Below, one piece after another: positions 1-10,246 of a stretch of 64,000 nucleotides of DNA (position 1 is the stretch's first letter; each line of letters starts with the position of its first letter). Where the stretch lies: positions 81,920 to 145,919 of the IMG/VR virus record IMGVR_UViG_3300032309_001546; one strand, 5' to 3'. The notes below the pieces were generated by a model. That model did no database searches. It saw only the letters and a list, made by a program, of their open reading frames with translations, and was not told the DNA's origin. Source of the stretch: a virus. Made by a program: the position numbers and the translations under genes.

Positions 1-182
1 ATAAGCATCGCAGTCATCTAGATTGTAACCTTTAGCTACAAATCTAGCATTAAGCATTTGCGCAATTGAACTAATTGCTTGAATATCTGGATAGAAGCCA
101 GCGCCTCTGCTCATAAGCAAAGCGAATTGACCTTCTGTCGTGTTAATATCAAATCCAGTATTAAGATTATCCATTAGATCTC

Positions 183-524
183 CTAGATAGATTCATGGCT
201 CTTAAGTTTAAACTTAAGGTCTTTGCTTTCTGGTTGAGGAACATCACTAGCAATACTATGAAATTTTTCCAATGCAAGAGCAAACGAAGTTACAGGATGT
301 AAACTATAAGCTGTGCCAAGTAAAGTGCCACGGTCATCTGCATGCATAAAGCATGTAGCCCATCTACCTTCACTATTTAACCACATCTCAAATCTAAATC
401 TGCCAAATCTACAATACCAAACACCATCTTTAGCTTTATCAAAAAGTATTTTATATGTAGCTTCTAGATGTTGTCGATAAGTAAGAAATTCTTGATCTGC
501 TTTATTTATATTTAATATTGTCAT
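183..524 (-). CDS. hypothetical phage protein
   Basis: 113-aa ORF in a tightly packed minus-strand run. Confidence 0.7.
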   Translation of the reverse strand: MTILNINKADQEFLTYRQHLEATYKILFDKAKDGVWYCRFGRFRFEMWLNSEGRWATCFMHADDRGTLLGTAYSLHPVTSFALALEKFHSIASDVPQPESKDLKFKLKSHESI

Positions 525-545
525 AGTATCACTTGTTATAAAATA

Positions 546-785
546 TTATGTATTATGGCTTTCAACTAGTAAGTCTTGTTCTTCAACAATTAGAACAGTC
601 TTAAAGACTTTAGTTTCTCCATAAATGGGAATCAAAGATTTACGCATTGCAAAAACAAGAGGCTTAGACTCAGAAGCATTCATGTAATAGACTGGCTGAA
701 AATTTTTATCTAAAAAAACATATATTTCATAGGTCTTAAGCCAACCAGCAGGAGTCTCTCCATGCTCATAAATTGCCTTCGTCAT
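546..785 (-). CDS. hypothetical phage protein
   Basis: 79-aa ORF, start overlaps the upstream stop. Confidence 0.65.
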   Translation of the reverse strand: MTKAIYEHGETPAGWLKTYEIYVFLDKNFQPVYYMNASESKPLVFAMRKSLIPIYGETKVFKTVLIVEEQDLLVESHNT

Positions 786-916
786 TAGTTATCCTCTCTC
801 TGCATACTTAGCAGATGTTGAATATCTTCACGGATATCTTCAACTTTTGTAATTAGCTCCTCAACTTGTCTTTCAAGCTGAGTAATCTTAAATTCTAGAT
901 CGTATTCATCAGGCAT
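785..916 (-). CDS. small coiled-coil protein (MPDEYDLEFKITQLERQVEEL...)
   Basis: ATG at 916 preceded by GGAGGAGG-rich sequence; heptad pattern; the longer track start overlaps the next gene. Confidence 0.6.
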   Translation of the reverse strand: MPDEYDLEFKITQLERQVEELITKVEDIREDIQHLLSMQREDN

Positions 917-1193
917 TGTCGTCTTCCTCCTCCTCCTCAAGGTCTGCAAAGTCTTCCAGGACAAGAACAGGCTTGCTAAGAGCATCTCGCATCTGATTAA
1001 GCGTTTTCTGTAGTTCATCAAAAGACTCTGCACTTACAAAAGGCTCACAGTAAGTAGAAACAAGTCCATTTCTATACTGAACTTCTACGATGCGAAAATC
1101 CTCATAAACAGATCCCTCAATCTCACTAGTAGTCTTAAGGACTCTATGATTCCATGTAAAGCTATAGTCAAGGTCGTATTGATAATCACTCAT
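909..1193 (-). CDS. hypothetical phage protein (WNHRV...IVEVQY type)
   Basis: 94-aa ORF with acidic tail. Confidence 0.7.
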   Translation of the reverse strand: MSDYQYDLDYSFTWNHRVLKTTSEIEGSVYEDFRIVEVQYRNGLVSTYCEPFVSAESFDELQKTLNQMRDALSKPVLVLEDFADLEEEEEDDNA

Positions 1194-1261
1194 CCCAATT
1201 CCTGTAAAGTAGTATTGCTGTATACGTAAATAAAGTAATCATAAATAGACAGAGTAAAACA

Positions 1262-1732
1262 TTACTCAGCATCTGGCTTATCTTCCTCTTCTTCGTCCTC
1301 ATAATCAAGCTCTACAAGCTTATTACCAGTTTCTGCAATATACTCATCACTATGAGTCTTGCATAGGGTCGTCCACCATCCTCTGTAGGAACCACAGTGT
1401 CCGGGCTCACCACAGACCTCACAAGTCTTAGCACTAAGAGCTCTGGCTTCTGAGATAAACTTGTCAATAGTAGGACAACTATAGTCTAGATAAAAGGACA
1501 AAGTTCCAAACTTTTCTTTAACCTGAACAGCCTCAATAGTGTACCTAGGGTACGTAAGCTTAGTCTCATCAACATAAGCCTTAATCTTAGCACAAAGATC
1601 GTCAAGTAGCTGATACCATCCATCACCAGTATCAATGCCCCAACACATACATGTCTGAGTCATTGGAAGATGCCGCTGACAAAAGATATCAGGATATTTC
1701 TCAAAAAGCTGGTCTTGTAGTTCTTGTTTCAT
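1262..1732 (-). CDS. conserved phage hypothetical protein (GDGW...QVKEKFG...CEVCG)
   Basis: Motif pattern common in phage/environmental proteins, with a C-terminal CxxC. Confidence 0.75.
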   Translation of the reverse strand: MKQELQDQLFEKYPDIFCQRHLPMTQTCMCWGIDTGDGWYQLLDDLCAKIKAYVDETKLTYPRYTIEAVQVKEKFGTLSFYLDYSCPTIDKFISEARALSAKTCEVCGEPGHCGSYRGWWTTLCKTHSDEYIAETGNKLVELDYEDEEEEDKPDAE

Positions 1733-1863
1733 TATTCATCCTCTTCTGTGAAAAGATAGTCGTCTTCAACAAACCAAGATTCTTCATCTTCTAGGTATTG
1801 ACCTGAAGACTCGTCAGCAAGCTTATTAAGCTCATCAATAGCAAGGTCTTTCATTCTTCCCAT
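1732..1863 (-). CDS. small acidic protein (MGRMKDLAIDE...)
   Basis: 43 codons, AGGAG RBS, stop overlaps the next start; below the track cutoff. Confidence 0.6.
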   Translation of the reverse strand: MGRMKDLAIDELNKLADESSGQYLEDEESWFVEDDYLFTEEDE

Positions 1864-1872
1864 GTTAATCTC

Positions 1873-2271
1873 CTACCACCAACAGATATAGTAAACTTTC
1901 TTTCCAAGAGCAACTTCTATATAGGCTCTGCAAAAAATTTCAATATCTTCTCTAAGCCTATCTTCATTACAAAAGTCACCAGTATGAAATGGTCCATTTG
2001 CAGGCGGAAGATTACTAGCAAGAAGATCCTCAAAAAGTGCTTTAAGATCTTCTAAGTCTAGATAGACTTTCTCAACATTAAATGCGCTAATATCAAAGTA
2101 ATCATCACCAAATCTAACCGTACGCATAGTAACTTCTGGCTTATACTTTTTAAGCCAAAGTTTTTCAAACCAGGCATTAAGATCGCCATGTTTACGCCAA
2201 GATCCAATTTCTTCGTCATTTTCATCAGAATTCTCAGGATCTTCAATCCTAAGATACATATCAAGTCCCAT
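1873..2271 (-). CDS. MGLDMY-family phage protein, paralog 1
   Basis: MGLDMY...WRKH...GKKVYY.CWW; GGAG RBS. Confidence 0.8.
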   Translation of the reverse strand: MGLDMYLRIEDPENSDENDEEIGSWRKHGDLNAWFEKLWLKKYKPEVTMRTVRFGDDYFDISAFNVEKVYLDLEDLKALFEDLLASNLPPANGPFHTGDFCNEDRLREDIEIFCRAYIEVALGKKVYYICWW

Positions 2272-2280
2272 ATTATTCTC

Positions 2281-2673
2281 CTACCAGGAACTGGTATAAA
2301 AGACTTTCTTACCAATAGCAAGTTCAATAGCAGCTTTTCCAAGCAATTCTAGATCTATTTCTAGTTGTTCTTCAGTCTTCTCACTTCCTGCACTAAAAGG
2401 CACGTCTGTGTTAGGAAGCCTATCATTGATAATTGCATCTTGCAATTGAGTAAGAAGGGCCATATCCACGTAGACTGATACTCCATTAAAGCAACTAAGA
2501 ATAAAAGTGTCTTCTCCAAAGGACACATTTACACTGACTTTGTCTGGCTTATGATTTTCAATCCAAAAGTTTTCCATCCAACCATGAAGGTTAGAATGAT
2601 TACGCCAGTATGCAATCTTCTCAACGTCTCCTGTATTAGGATCCTCAGAAACAAAGTACATATCAAGACCCAT
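2281..2673 (-). CDS. MGLDMY-family phage protein, paralog 2
   Basis: MGLDMY...WRNH...GKKVFY.SSW; collinear with its neighbour. Confidence 0.8.
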   Translation of the reverse strand: MGLDMYFVSEDPNTGDVEKIAYWRNHSNLHGWMENFWIENHKPDKVSVNVSFGEDTFILSCFNGVSVYVDMALLTQLQDAIINDRLPNTDVPFSAGSEKTEEQLEIDLELLGKAAIELAIGKKVFYTSSW

Positions 2674-2715
2674 TTTATCACCTGTTATTAAGTGTTGCTT
2701 AATAGGTAAAAAATA

Positions 2716-3284
2716 CTATTTAAACTGTAAATTTAAATTATTAGTTGTTGCATAATCTGCAAGCTCTTGTCCATCACTAAAGCTTTTAAACTTTGAAAGA
2801 TCAGGACCAAAAAGTAAATATTGTTTTGTTCCATCCTTTATAAAAGTATAAACAATACAATGATTTAGCTTTGTTGTTTCATACCACTGTGACATTAACT
2901 CTCAGGTTCTTGTGGAGTTACTGGCTTGTCTTTGTCGATTGGAGCCTGATTAGCTAGCTTTGCAGCAAGTACAATCTCTTTTAGACGATTAGATAACATT
3001 GCAAATCTATCCATTTTAAATCCTTAGTCAACATAATTTTTAAAATTTGAATAATTAATTAGACTATTACCAAGTTTAGTAAGAACTCCGTCTTTCCAAG
3101 CAATTGAGCTATCCATAAGATCTCTTACTTCTTGCTCTGAAAGATTAGAAGTATCTTCACCTTCTTCGCTGTCATCAGTCAAGTAGATAATCCCATTACC
3201 TTTTGAGATTGCAATAGCGTCAAGAATATCTTCAGACTCAACAACTTCACAAGTTTTATTCTTGGGATTAGCATAAACGTACAT
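2716..3284 (-). CDS. three small hypothetical proteins (2716-2895, 2895-3014, 3024-3284)
   Basis: Consecutive ORFs with overlapping stop/start; AAGGA or AAGGAG upstream of the 3014 and 3284 starts. Confidence 0.55.
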
Positions 3285-3346
3285 ATATTATCTCCTTATT
3301 ATTAATTACCAATAATAACTAATAATAAGAAATAATCAAAAAGTAC

Positions 3347-3925
3347 TTAGATTATATGGAAAGCTGTCTTATAAAGCTCAGAGTCTTCTATATACTCTTG
3401 TTCTTTATAATAAAATCCAGTATCTTTATCTTGTATTTGTTGTTGTTGCACCGCTTTTATTACTTCATTCTTAAATAAGCTTGCAAAACCAAGTGTCAAA
3501 CCACCAAAAAGTAAACCAATTATTGTTCTAACTATAGTTCTAGTTAGCCATTCACGGTTTTCTGACTCTTTTTTCTCTTTTTCTGTCCGAATATCAACTT
3601 TTACACGCTCAATTTCTTTAGCTATACGGTCATTTTGATCAATCGTAAATCGCGTAAGTAATTTCTCATTTTCACTTCTATTTAACTCTATAGTCTTATT
3701 AATCGCTTCTATCTGCTGACGCTGAAGCTCAGCAAGCGAATCAAGATCTTTCTCTACGTCTCTGAGACGCATATTTATTCCGGGATTTCCGTCATAAGAT
3801 CCAAGGACTATTGTCTTTAGATCATCAATTGCTTTATCATGTTTTTCATGACTTTTCTTTAAATCATCAAGCTTAGTGTTGATGGAGTCAAGTAAAGAAT
3901 TAGGGCAATCGGTTGAGTTTGACAT
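3347..3925 (-). CDS. coiled-coil membrane protein (holin/XhlA-like architecture)
   Basis: Long coiled coil followed by one hydrophobic helix (IIGLLFGGLTLGFASLF); GAGG RBS. Confidence 0.55.
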   Translation of the reverse strand: MSNSTDCPNSLLDSINTKLDDLKKSHEKHDKAIDDLKTIVLGSYDGNPGINMRLRDVEKDLDSLAELQRQQIEAINKTIELNRSENEKLLTRFTIDQNDRIAKEIERVKVDIRTEKEKKESENREWLTRTIVRTIIGLLFGGLTLGFASLFKNEVIKAVQQQQIQDKDTGFYYKEQEYIEDSELYKTAFHII

Positions 3926-4252
3926 TGGGAAATCCTCTATAAATAAATAGTATTGTTAAAACATTTTCACCACCTGTATAGAGGAAACTAGACAATTCTA
4001 TCTAGCCCTAAATCATAGTGTAATTATACTAGAGTTTACAGTATCTTATACTTTTGATGTATTTTTGATAAAGAAAAAACCCTAGGTTTTACGCCACTTT
4101 TTCAACCATCTATTTTACTTATAAGTAGCAAAATAAAAATAGTTAAAATTAGCATAAAACCTAAGGTTTTCTTTCTTTTTAGCCTAAAGCGGCAAGCAAA
4201 TTAAAATAAAAGCAATGACTAGAAATATGATAGCAGCTGCTTGAATTTCCAT

Positions 4253-4474
4253 TTAATATCCAGAACGAGTTATGTTTGCAATCTCGTAGTGATCTTTATC
4301 ATAAAGACGCCAAGAATTCCAATCATCTCCAGGATCACTAAAAGAACTATGAACTAGATGAAATGTTTCAGCTTGCTGAAGTACAACTTCATTAAAGTTC
4401 AACTTAATACGCTCACTTTTAAGATACTCGCGAATATTCTTATTACCATTAATGGTAGCTCCAATGTAAGGCAT
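4253..4474 (-). CDS. hypothetical protein
   Basis: 73 aa, GAGGAG RBS. Confidence 0.65.
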   Translation of the reverse strand: MPYIGATINGNKNIREYLKSERIKLNFNEVVLQQAETFHLVHSSFSDPGDDWNSWRLYDKDHYEIANITRSGY

Positions 4475-4487
4475 TTAGTTCTCCTCT

Positions 4488-5954
4488 TTAGTAAGGTGCA
4501 TCAATCATTTCATAACCATATGCAGGAATTCCGTAAGGATATCCAGGAATAGCAAATTTAACTTTCTTTGGGGCAGGAGCAGGATACTCTAACTTAGCCT
4601 TCTTAATCTCAGCCTCGAGATAAGAAGAAAAGCTCTTACTAGCTGGTGTACTCTTATTGTTCCGGTCAAAACACTGAATAATATGACCATTAGTCATGCT
4701 GACCATAGCACATACGTTTCCTTTACGGAAAAACATATGGCTATTATCATTGTAGTAACTACCAATACAGTGTGCACAGTCACTGCCCGCGACTCTCATC
4801 TCATTAGAAGTCTTAATACGGATCTTTTCAAGATGCTCCGGCAAAGCAAGAGTAGGCATATCACGATCAGGAACATTAACATCATACTTAAGCAGTGCAA
4901 GACGATTCTGTTCCGCCGCGATTCTATGATTATTAACACTAGCATTAATCATTTCAAGAACACTCATAGTCTCGTAATCAATAGCACTAAGACGCTCATC
5001 TCTGGCTCGAAGACCAGGAAGGCCCATACGGTAACCATCCTTAATGAACTTTTCCACAGCCTCTGCAAGACCAGTACCAACATTAACAGGATGAAGATCC
5101 TTCATAGCCTTTACCCAGCCATCAAGAATCTTAACATCATTAACTTTGCTCATCTTCGTATAAAGAGTAGCCTGGTTCTTATCAATATCAGCCAGTAGCT
5201 TAGGGATACCATTGCCACTCATCTCTTCATTATGATTAATAGGAATCAACTGAACATACTCACAAGCAAGACCAGAATGGAACCAACTAAGCCGCCGATT
5301 ACTAAAGGTACGGTACTTGTAGCTCTGAATGAATTCCGCATTAATAGGATGATTTTGCATTAGAGACTTTGTCTCTGGAGCTTCATCTCTAGTCATAGAA
5401 ATTTTTCTAGGAGTCCAATTGCCACGAGGAGCATTGCCATTAGGCCAGATCTTAACAGAATCCCAAGCTTTCATAGTACGAATAGACTGAGGAATCTTAT
5501 TAAGCAGTACCCGTCTATCAGTATACTTCAAAGACGAGTAACCATGGTTAAAAGCGCGCTTTACAGTGAACTTTTCCCAAGGGGTACGGGCATTATGAAG
5601 ATCCTTAAGAGCCCAAGTAAGATCAACAAGATCATTAGACTCTCTAGGGAAGGAACTAGGATCCTTACTTCTCTCAGTAGTCTGATGACAAGCAGAGATA
5701 AGAGTTATCGCAGCATCAAGCTTATCATGCATATCCTTATGCCAGTAAGCAAGGCCGGCAACCAAGTTAATAATAGTCTTGTGCCGAGACATCATAGGCT
5801 TAATATAGTGCCATCTAGCACTTACTTTATAAGCACCATTCTTACTCTTATTACTGTAGTGCCGCGGCATATTCTTCATCTTAATATCAAGACGATCATT
5901 CATATTCTTCCACAAGTAATTCTTATCCTCAACAAACGCATTAAAGTCATACAT
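4488..5954 (-). CDS. PcfJ-like domain protein
   Basis: C-terminal EMRVAGSDCAHCIGSY resembles the PcfJ 'EG..M.HCV..Y' motif; start reassigned to ATG 5954 (AGGAG RBS). Confidence 0.55.
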   Translation of the reverse strand: MYDFNAFVEDKNYLWKNMNDRLDIKMKNMPRHYSNKSKNGAYKVSARWHYIKPMMSRHKTIINLVAGLAYWHKDMHDKLDAAITLISACHQTTERSKDPSSFPRESNDLVDLTWALKDLHNARTPWEKFTVKRAFNHGYSSLKYTDRRVLLNKIPQSIRTMKAWDSVKIWPNGNAPRGNWTPRKISMTRDEAPETKSLMQNHPINAEFIQSYKYRTFSNRRLSWFHSGLACEYVQLIPINHNEEMSGNGIPKLLADIDKNQATLYTKMSKVNDVKILDGWVKAMKDLHPVNVGTGLAEAVEKFIKDGYRMGLPGLRARDERLSAIDYETMSVLEMINASVNNHRIAAEQNRLALLKYDVNVPDRDMPTLALPEHLEKIRIKTSNEMRVAGSDCAHCIGSYYNDNSHMFFRKGNVCAMVSMTNGHIIQCFDRNNKSTPASKSFSSYLEAEIKKAKLEYPAPAPKKVKFAIPGYPYGIPAYGYEMIDAPY

Positions 5955-6159
5955 TAGTAAGTCTCCTAAGTAGATTAGATCATTGTTTAGCCAAGAGATA
6001 AAAAAGAGCACTGTAAGAGGCCGGCGCAGCCGGCCCATAAATAAAGTACATTGAAGACTATATACTAGTAAAGAGAGATAGACAGAGTAATAGGATATAC
6101 AGAAGAGATTAAGGTCTAGACAGTAAGGAGTATACATGTAGCATGACAAGTCATGTCCT

Positions 6160-6510
6160 GCTATACCCTGCGTTATACCTTGCTATACCCTGCAAATACC
6201 CTGCAGATCCCCTTAAAATACCTTGCTATACCTACCCCGCTCCTACAAACTATACCAATATACCTTGTCCTCGCGTAAGCCCGTCTTATACCTCTATATA
6301 CCCCTATATGCCAAAAGCATACAAGGCTATTCTCTGGACTCTTTTTGAACAAGTTCTTATACCCCTATATAGTAAACTTATATACTTGTATGTATACTTG
6401 TATACCCCTATGGGGCAAAAGCTGCCTTCATGAAACTCTGGATATCCATCGTAAAACTCTGGACTCTTTTTGGATCTTAAAAATGACTCTTATCTCTGGA
6501 CTCTTTATGG
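6160..6510. repeat. low-complexity tract: ~12 ATACC/TATACY repeats and 4 CTCTGGA(CTCTTT) repeats
   Basis: Seen directly; strand-skewed and non-coding. Confidence 0.75.
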
Positions 6511-6569
6511 TCTCAGAATCCTGGCCCGGTTGCTTGCATGTATAGCCCTTTATAGCTATATCCTCCTTG

Positions 6570-6599
6570 AAAAGAAAAACCCTGCTGTTAGGCAGGGTT
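6570..6599 (-). terminator. intrinsic terminator
   Basis: AACCCTGC-CTAACA-GCAGGGTT followed by TTTCTTTT on the minus strand. Confidence 0.8.
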
Positions 6600-6612
6600 C
6601 TCTTCCTTGAGA

Positions 6613-7002
6613 TTAGATCTCTTGGGCATGAGAGTGACGAGTCTCTCGATTAGGACTGTTAGCAGCACGGCGGCGCTTGATAGCCTCCAACTTTGCAGCT
6701 AGTTCATTTTCCTCACGTTCAGCATTCAAAGCATCCAACTTACGCTGGTACTCACGCTGAGCACGGGTCGTCTTTACTTCCTCAACAGGCTTACTAGTAG
6801 ATTGAGATGCTGCGGGTCTAATACCCTCAACCTTCTCAGTTACCATATTACTACCCTTCTTGAGGATAGGACCAAACAACCCCATGAAGATAGCAGGGAT
6901 TACTAGAAGAACAGTACCGAAGATACCCCAAAGGGCACCTGCTGCACCTGCTGCTCCTGCTTTGGCAAGAAATGTTCCGCCTTCTGCGCCTACATCAGCC
7001 AT
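6613..7002 (-). CDS. membrane-anchored coiled-coil protein
   Basis: Hydrophobic N-terminal segment then a charged helix; GGAGG RBS. Confidence 0.7.
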   Translation of the reverse strand: MADVGAEGGTFLAKAGAAGAAGALWGIFGTVLLVIPAIFMGLFGPILKKGSNMVTEKVEGIRPAASQSTSKPVEEVKTTRAQREYQRKLDALNAEREENELAAKLEAIKRRRAANSPNRETRHSHAQEI

Positions 7003-7004
7003 GA

Positions 7005-7319
7005 TTAGCCCTCCACTCGATAGAATGCACCTGCATTAGGTGCGTGAATCTGAATAGCGCGATAACCTGGATGAAGCGGCTTACCCGTTGCATCCTTCTT
7101 GTGTCGCTTTAGAAATAGAGGAAGGTTCTTGAAGCCCAAGGTGAATCCCTCGGCACCAATCTCCCCATTGCTCCATACCTCGATATCATCACCACCCATC
7201 TTGCAACGAGTAACGACGAAGCTACCAGCCTCTGTACGAACTCGTGCTACAGTAGGAACTGCAGGGTTAGATGAACCAACTCGAATCACACCACTCGCGG
7301 TCAAAACATCACTCATCAT
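7005..7319 (-). CDS. hypothetical protein
   Basis: Start moved to ATG 7319 (GAGG RBS); the longer track ORF runs through the tRNA. Confidence 0.65.
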   Translation of the reverse strand: MMSDVLTASGVIRVGSSNPAVPTVARVRTEAGSFVVTRCKMGGDDIEVWSNGEIGAEGFTLGFKNLPLFLKRHKKDATGKPLHPGYRAIQIHAPNAGAFYRVEG

Positions 7320-7364
7320 ATACCTCTCATGTTGTACTCTAGAATATAGAGCGTTTGGGGAAAG

Positions 7365-7439
7365 TGTGCCCGACTGGACTTGAACCAGTGACCTACGGCT
7401 TAGAAGGCCGTTGCAACTATCCAACTGTGCTACGGGCAC
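7365..7439 (-). tRNA. tRNA-Arg (anticodon UCU), no encoded CCA
   Basis: GTGCCCG/CGGGCAC acceptor, D arm, ACGGC-CTTCTAA-GCCGT anticodon arm, ACTGG-TTCAAGT-CCAGT T arm. Confidence 0.93.
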
Positions 7440-7467
7440 GCAGCCTAGGTTTTACCCTAGTAGTTGT

Positions 7468-7962
7468 TTAGAAGCCGTCTCCATCCTCGAAGACAAAGTT
7501 GTCAGCAGGATTTCCGGCAGTCTGACGACGACGCACAGTAGTACGAGCCACAGCACGGACTGCAGGAGTTGCCACAGGACCAGCCGCCTTCATCTGCTGA
7601 GGAGCTGGAGTAGAAGCAGGTGCTGCTTCCTTGGTTGGCCGGCGACCATAGTTGATCTCATTCGCGACAACTTCAGTGATGTAGCGGGTCTCACCCTTGC
7701 TCTCATACTGACGAGTCTTGATTCGACCCTCGATCTCGGCCTCACTACCCTTTGACAGGTACTTGGCAGCATTCTCTGCAGCCTTACCCCACACAACAAC
7801 ACGATGCCACTCCGGCTCACTGACCGTCTCTCCCGCCTTATTTACGTACTCGTAATTAGTGCAGATAGACAAAGTAGCCCGGCTACGGCCAGTTTCAGTC
7901 GTAGACAACTTGGGATCATCACCAAGGAAACCACGAAGCTCAACACGATTCTTATTACGCAT
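7468..7962 (-). CDS. ssb: single-stranded DNA-binding protein
   Basis: NRVELRGFLGDDP...EWHRVVVWGKAAENAAKYLSKGS..EIEGRIKTRQY; acidic-aromatic tail (EDGDGF). Confidence 0.95.
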   Translation of the reverse strand: MRNKNRVELRGFLGDDPKLSTTETGRSRATLSICTNYEYVNKAGETVSEPEWHRVVVWGKAAENAAKYLSKGSEAEIEGRIKTRQYESKGETRYITEVVANEINYGRRPTKEAAPASTPAPQQMKAAGPVATPAVRAVARTTVRRRQTAGNPADNFVFEDGDGF

Positions 7963-8049
7963 CTCTCATCTCAACTTACCCATCCACTGATGGTAATGTT
8001 TATTTCAATAAAGCATAATACTCACGATAAAAAGCGAGCGCAGCGAAGC

Positions 8050-10149
8050 TAATGTATGCCAAGTACAAAGATCTGAAACATTGTACTAACAATGCTCAAA
8101 AATGTAATGGCAAAGTATAAAACGAAGATCCCACTGATAATGTCCCACAGTGTAGATTTCTTCATGCTAGGAAAAACACTATCTCTGAAAGCACATTTGT
8201 GAAGAGTACCTTCAGTATCCAAGCTATTCCAATCAACGTAATGATTCTTTGCATTATTACCTCGTAGCTAGAGCCAAGATAGCAATAGCAGGCCAGATCA
8301 GACTAGCCGCAGTATAAGCAAACACAAACCAGACAGGAACCACAACGCTTGCAGTTCCATTGATGTGGCTCATAGTGAAGGATACAGTACTCATAAGAAT
8401 TGACTTCATTAGATCCCCTTTCTGGTTTCGGCGTCTCCGATGTTGACGAACTTTGCTCCCTTGAATTTGCGGTACGAGGCGATGAGAAGGCCTGGGACTC
8501 TCTGTACCCAGATGCCACCTTGTGCTTTGATTCGCTTTGCGATCCGCCTTGCAGCGTATCGATTAGGCGTTTCATGCACGGAAAGACATCCACTAGCAAC
8601 AAGTACACTGTACATTAGATCTCCTGGTTGCGGATGATTTCAATTTCTTGACTGATCCGGATATCCCGGACAGCAAGCATCAAAGTACTGATACGGTCAA
8701 CTCCCCAGACTGCTTCCAGCATTGCAATCAAGTATGCAATGTTCTCTGCATTTCGGTAGTTGATGTCAAAAAGACGGTTATCGACTTTATCCATAGGATC
8801 TACGTTTTCCATGTTCTTCTCCTACTTGATGTCTTCAGCGCGGGCGATTGCCTCTGCTGCGAGAATGATGCATTCAAGGTTCTCGAAGTTCTTTTCAAGA
8901 TACTCGATGCGGTTACGGGCCTTACGAGATCCTTCCTTGATTGCGAAGTCTTCATTCCACAGAGGAGCGGTGTCCTGAAGTAGATTGAATGCACAACGGT
9001 ACTCTTGGAGCTGGGCCTTTCGACTTTCACGGGTATTAGCCGTAAGGTTGATGTAAGTCAGGTGATGAAAAGTATCGGTAATCAGACTCTTTGTCTCGTA
9101 CATTTATTCCTCCGAGGAATTGTTGTTGAACTTGAACTTGCGGCATCCATTCTTAGATTCCTCCTTCCGGGGGTCTCCATGGTTGCCGTTCTTGAAACCA
9201 CCGTAAGCAAGCGTCATTGCGGCGCTATCACGACGAGGGACAAACTTATCTTTCTTTACAGTCTTTGACATTGTAACCTACAGGTATAAGTAGCTAGAAT
9301 CAAAGAACATCACTGCTGCGATGATCCAGAAAGCAACGCCGCCATAAAAACTGGCGACGAGAAGGGTTGTTTCAGCAAGGTTGAAGGTGTGCTCTTCAAA
9401 CCGCTCCTTGTCAATGTTGAATGTAATCTTCATGACCAGTAACTCCAGCGAAGGATGTCAATGAGGACCATGAATGCGCAAGCAGCGAATCCAAGTCCAC
9501 TAAGACAGAAAAAGAACAACGTGCAGAATTGCCAATTGTTCACAGTAACAGCATACTTACCAACTTGAATCTTGTGCATTCTTATTCTCCTTCAGGAAAC
9601 AAACGAAAGAACTTATCCTCTGCCCAGTCTTCAAATGAGAAGTCCAGTTCTCGGTCAAGACCAAGTTCCGCAGCTTCAATCAACAAGTTATCCTCATTCT
9701 TGTCAAACCACTCTTCAAAGTCAATCATGGTGTCCTCCTTAGGACATAAGGGTTTAGAATTGTTCGAATGCCTTCTCAGCGTGAGCAAGCGCAAGGACAA
9801 GGCTATCTCTGTAGCCCTCAAGCTCTGGATGGGTTGGTAGTACACCATTTGCCCGCGTAACCAAACTCTTGAGAGTAGATACCATGCCTTTCAGCGCATC
9901 GTAATCTATTCCACTATGACCAGCATACATCTTCATCATGACTTACTCCTCCAAACCAGAGTGATTGAGGAAGTCCCCGATAACGGCATGGATAGCGCTG
10001 ACCTTGTCACCAGCATATCCGTTCCAGTCATGGACTTCCATGCTATTGTCAGCGCGGACATCAAGGCCAAGGATCATGACATCTCCCTGGTAGATCTTGA
10101 TAAACGCAGATCCAGTCTCTATGTTCTTCAAAAAGTCTACAGTCAGCAT
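8050..10149 (-). CDS. cluster of ~12 short hypothetical genes (incl. 8409-8615, 8615-8812, 8822-9103, 9582-9728, 9754-9939, 9943-10149), several membrane peptides
   Basis: Abutting minus-strand ORFs with GGAG/GAGG RBSs; plus-strand track ORFs here are shadows. Confidence 0.6.
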
Positions 10150-10179
10150 GTTGTCCTCCAAGGACATAAGGGGGAAAGT

Positions 10180-10246
10180 CTTCCTGATAGGATTCGAACC
10201 TATCTGCTAGACCCGCAGAAGGCGGGTTTGCAATACCATAAGGAAG
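10180..10246 (-). ncRNA. tRNA-like mini-element 1
   Basis: CTTCCT/AGGAAG acceptor, TATGGTA D-like loop, long stem, GATAGG-TTCGAAT-CCTATC T arm. Confidence 0.6.

Noticed and set aside
5955-6545. ORF extension to 6149 and plus-strand ORFs 6143-6433 and 6345-6545
   Set aside because: Low-complexity repeat DNA giving Y/P/L-rich nonsense; no RBS
7320-7439. N-terminal extension of ORF 7005-7439
   Set aside because: It is the tRNA-Arg sequence read in frame; a better start lies at 7319
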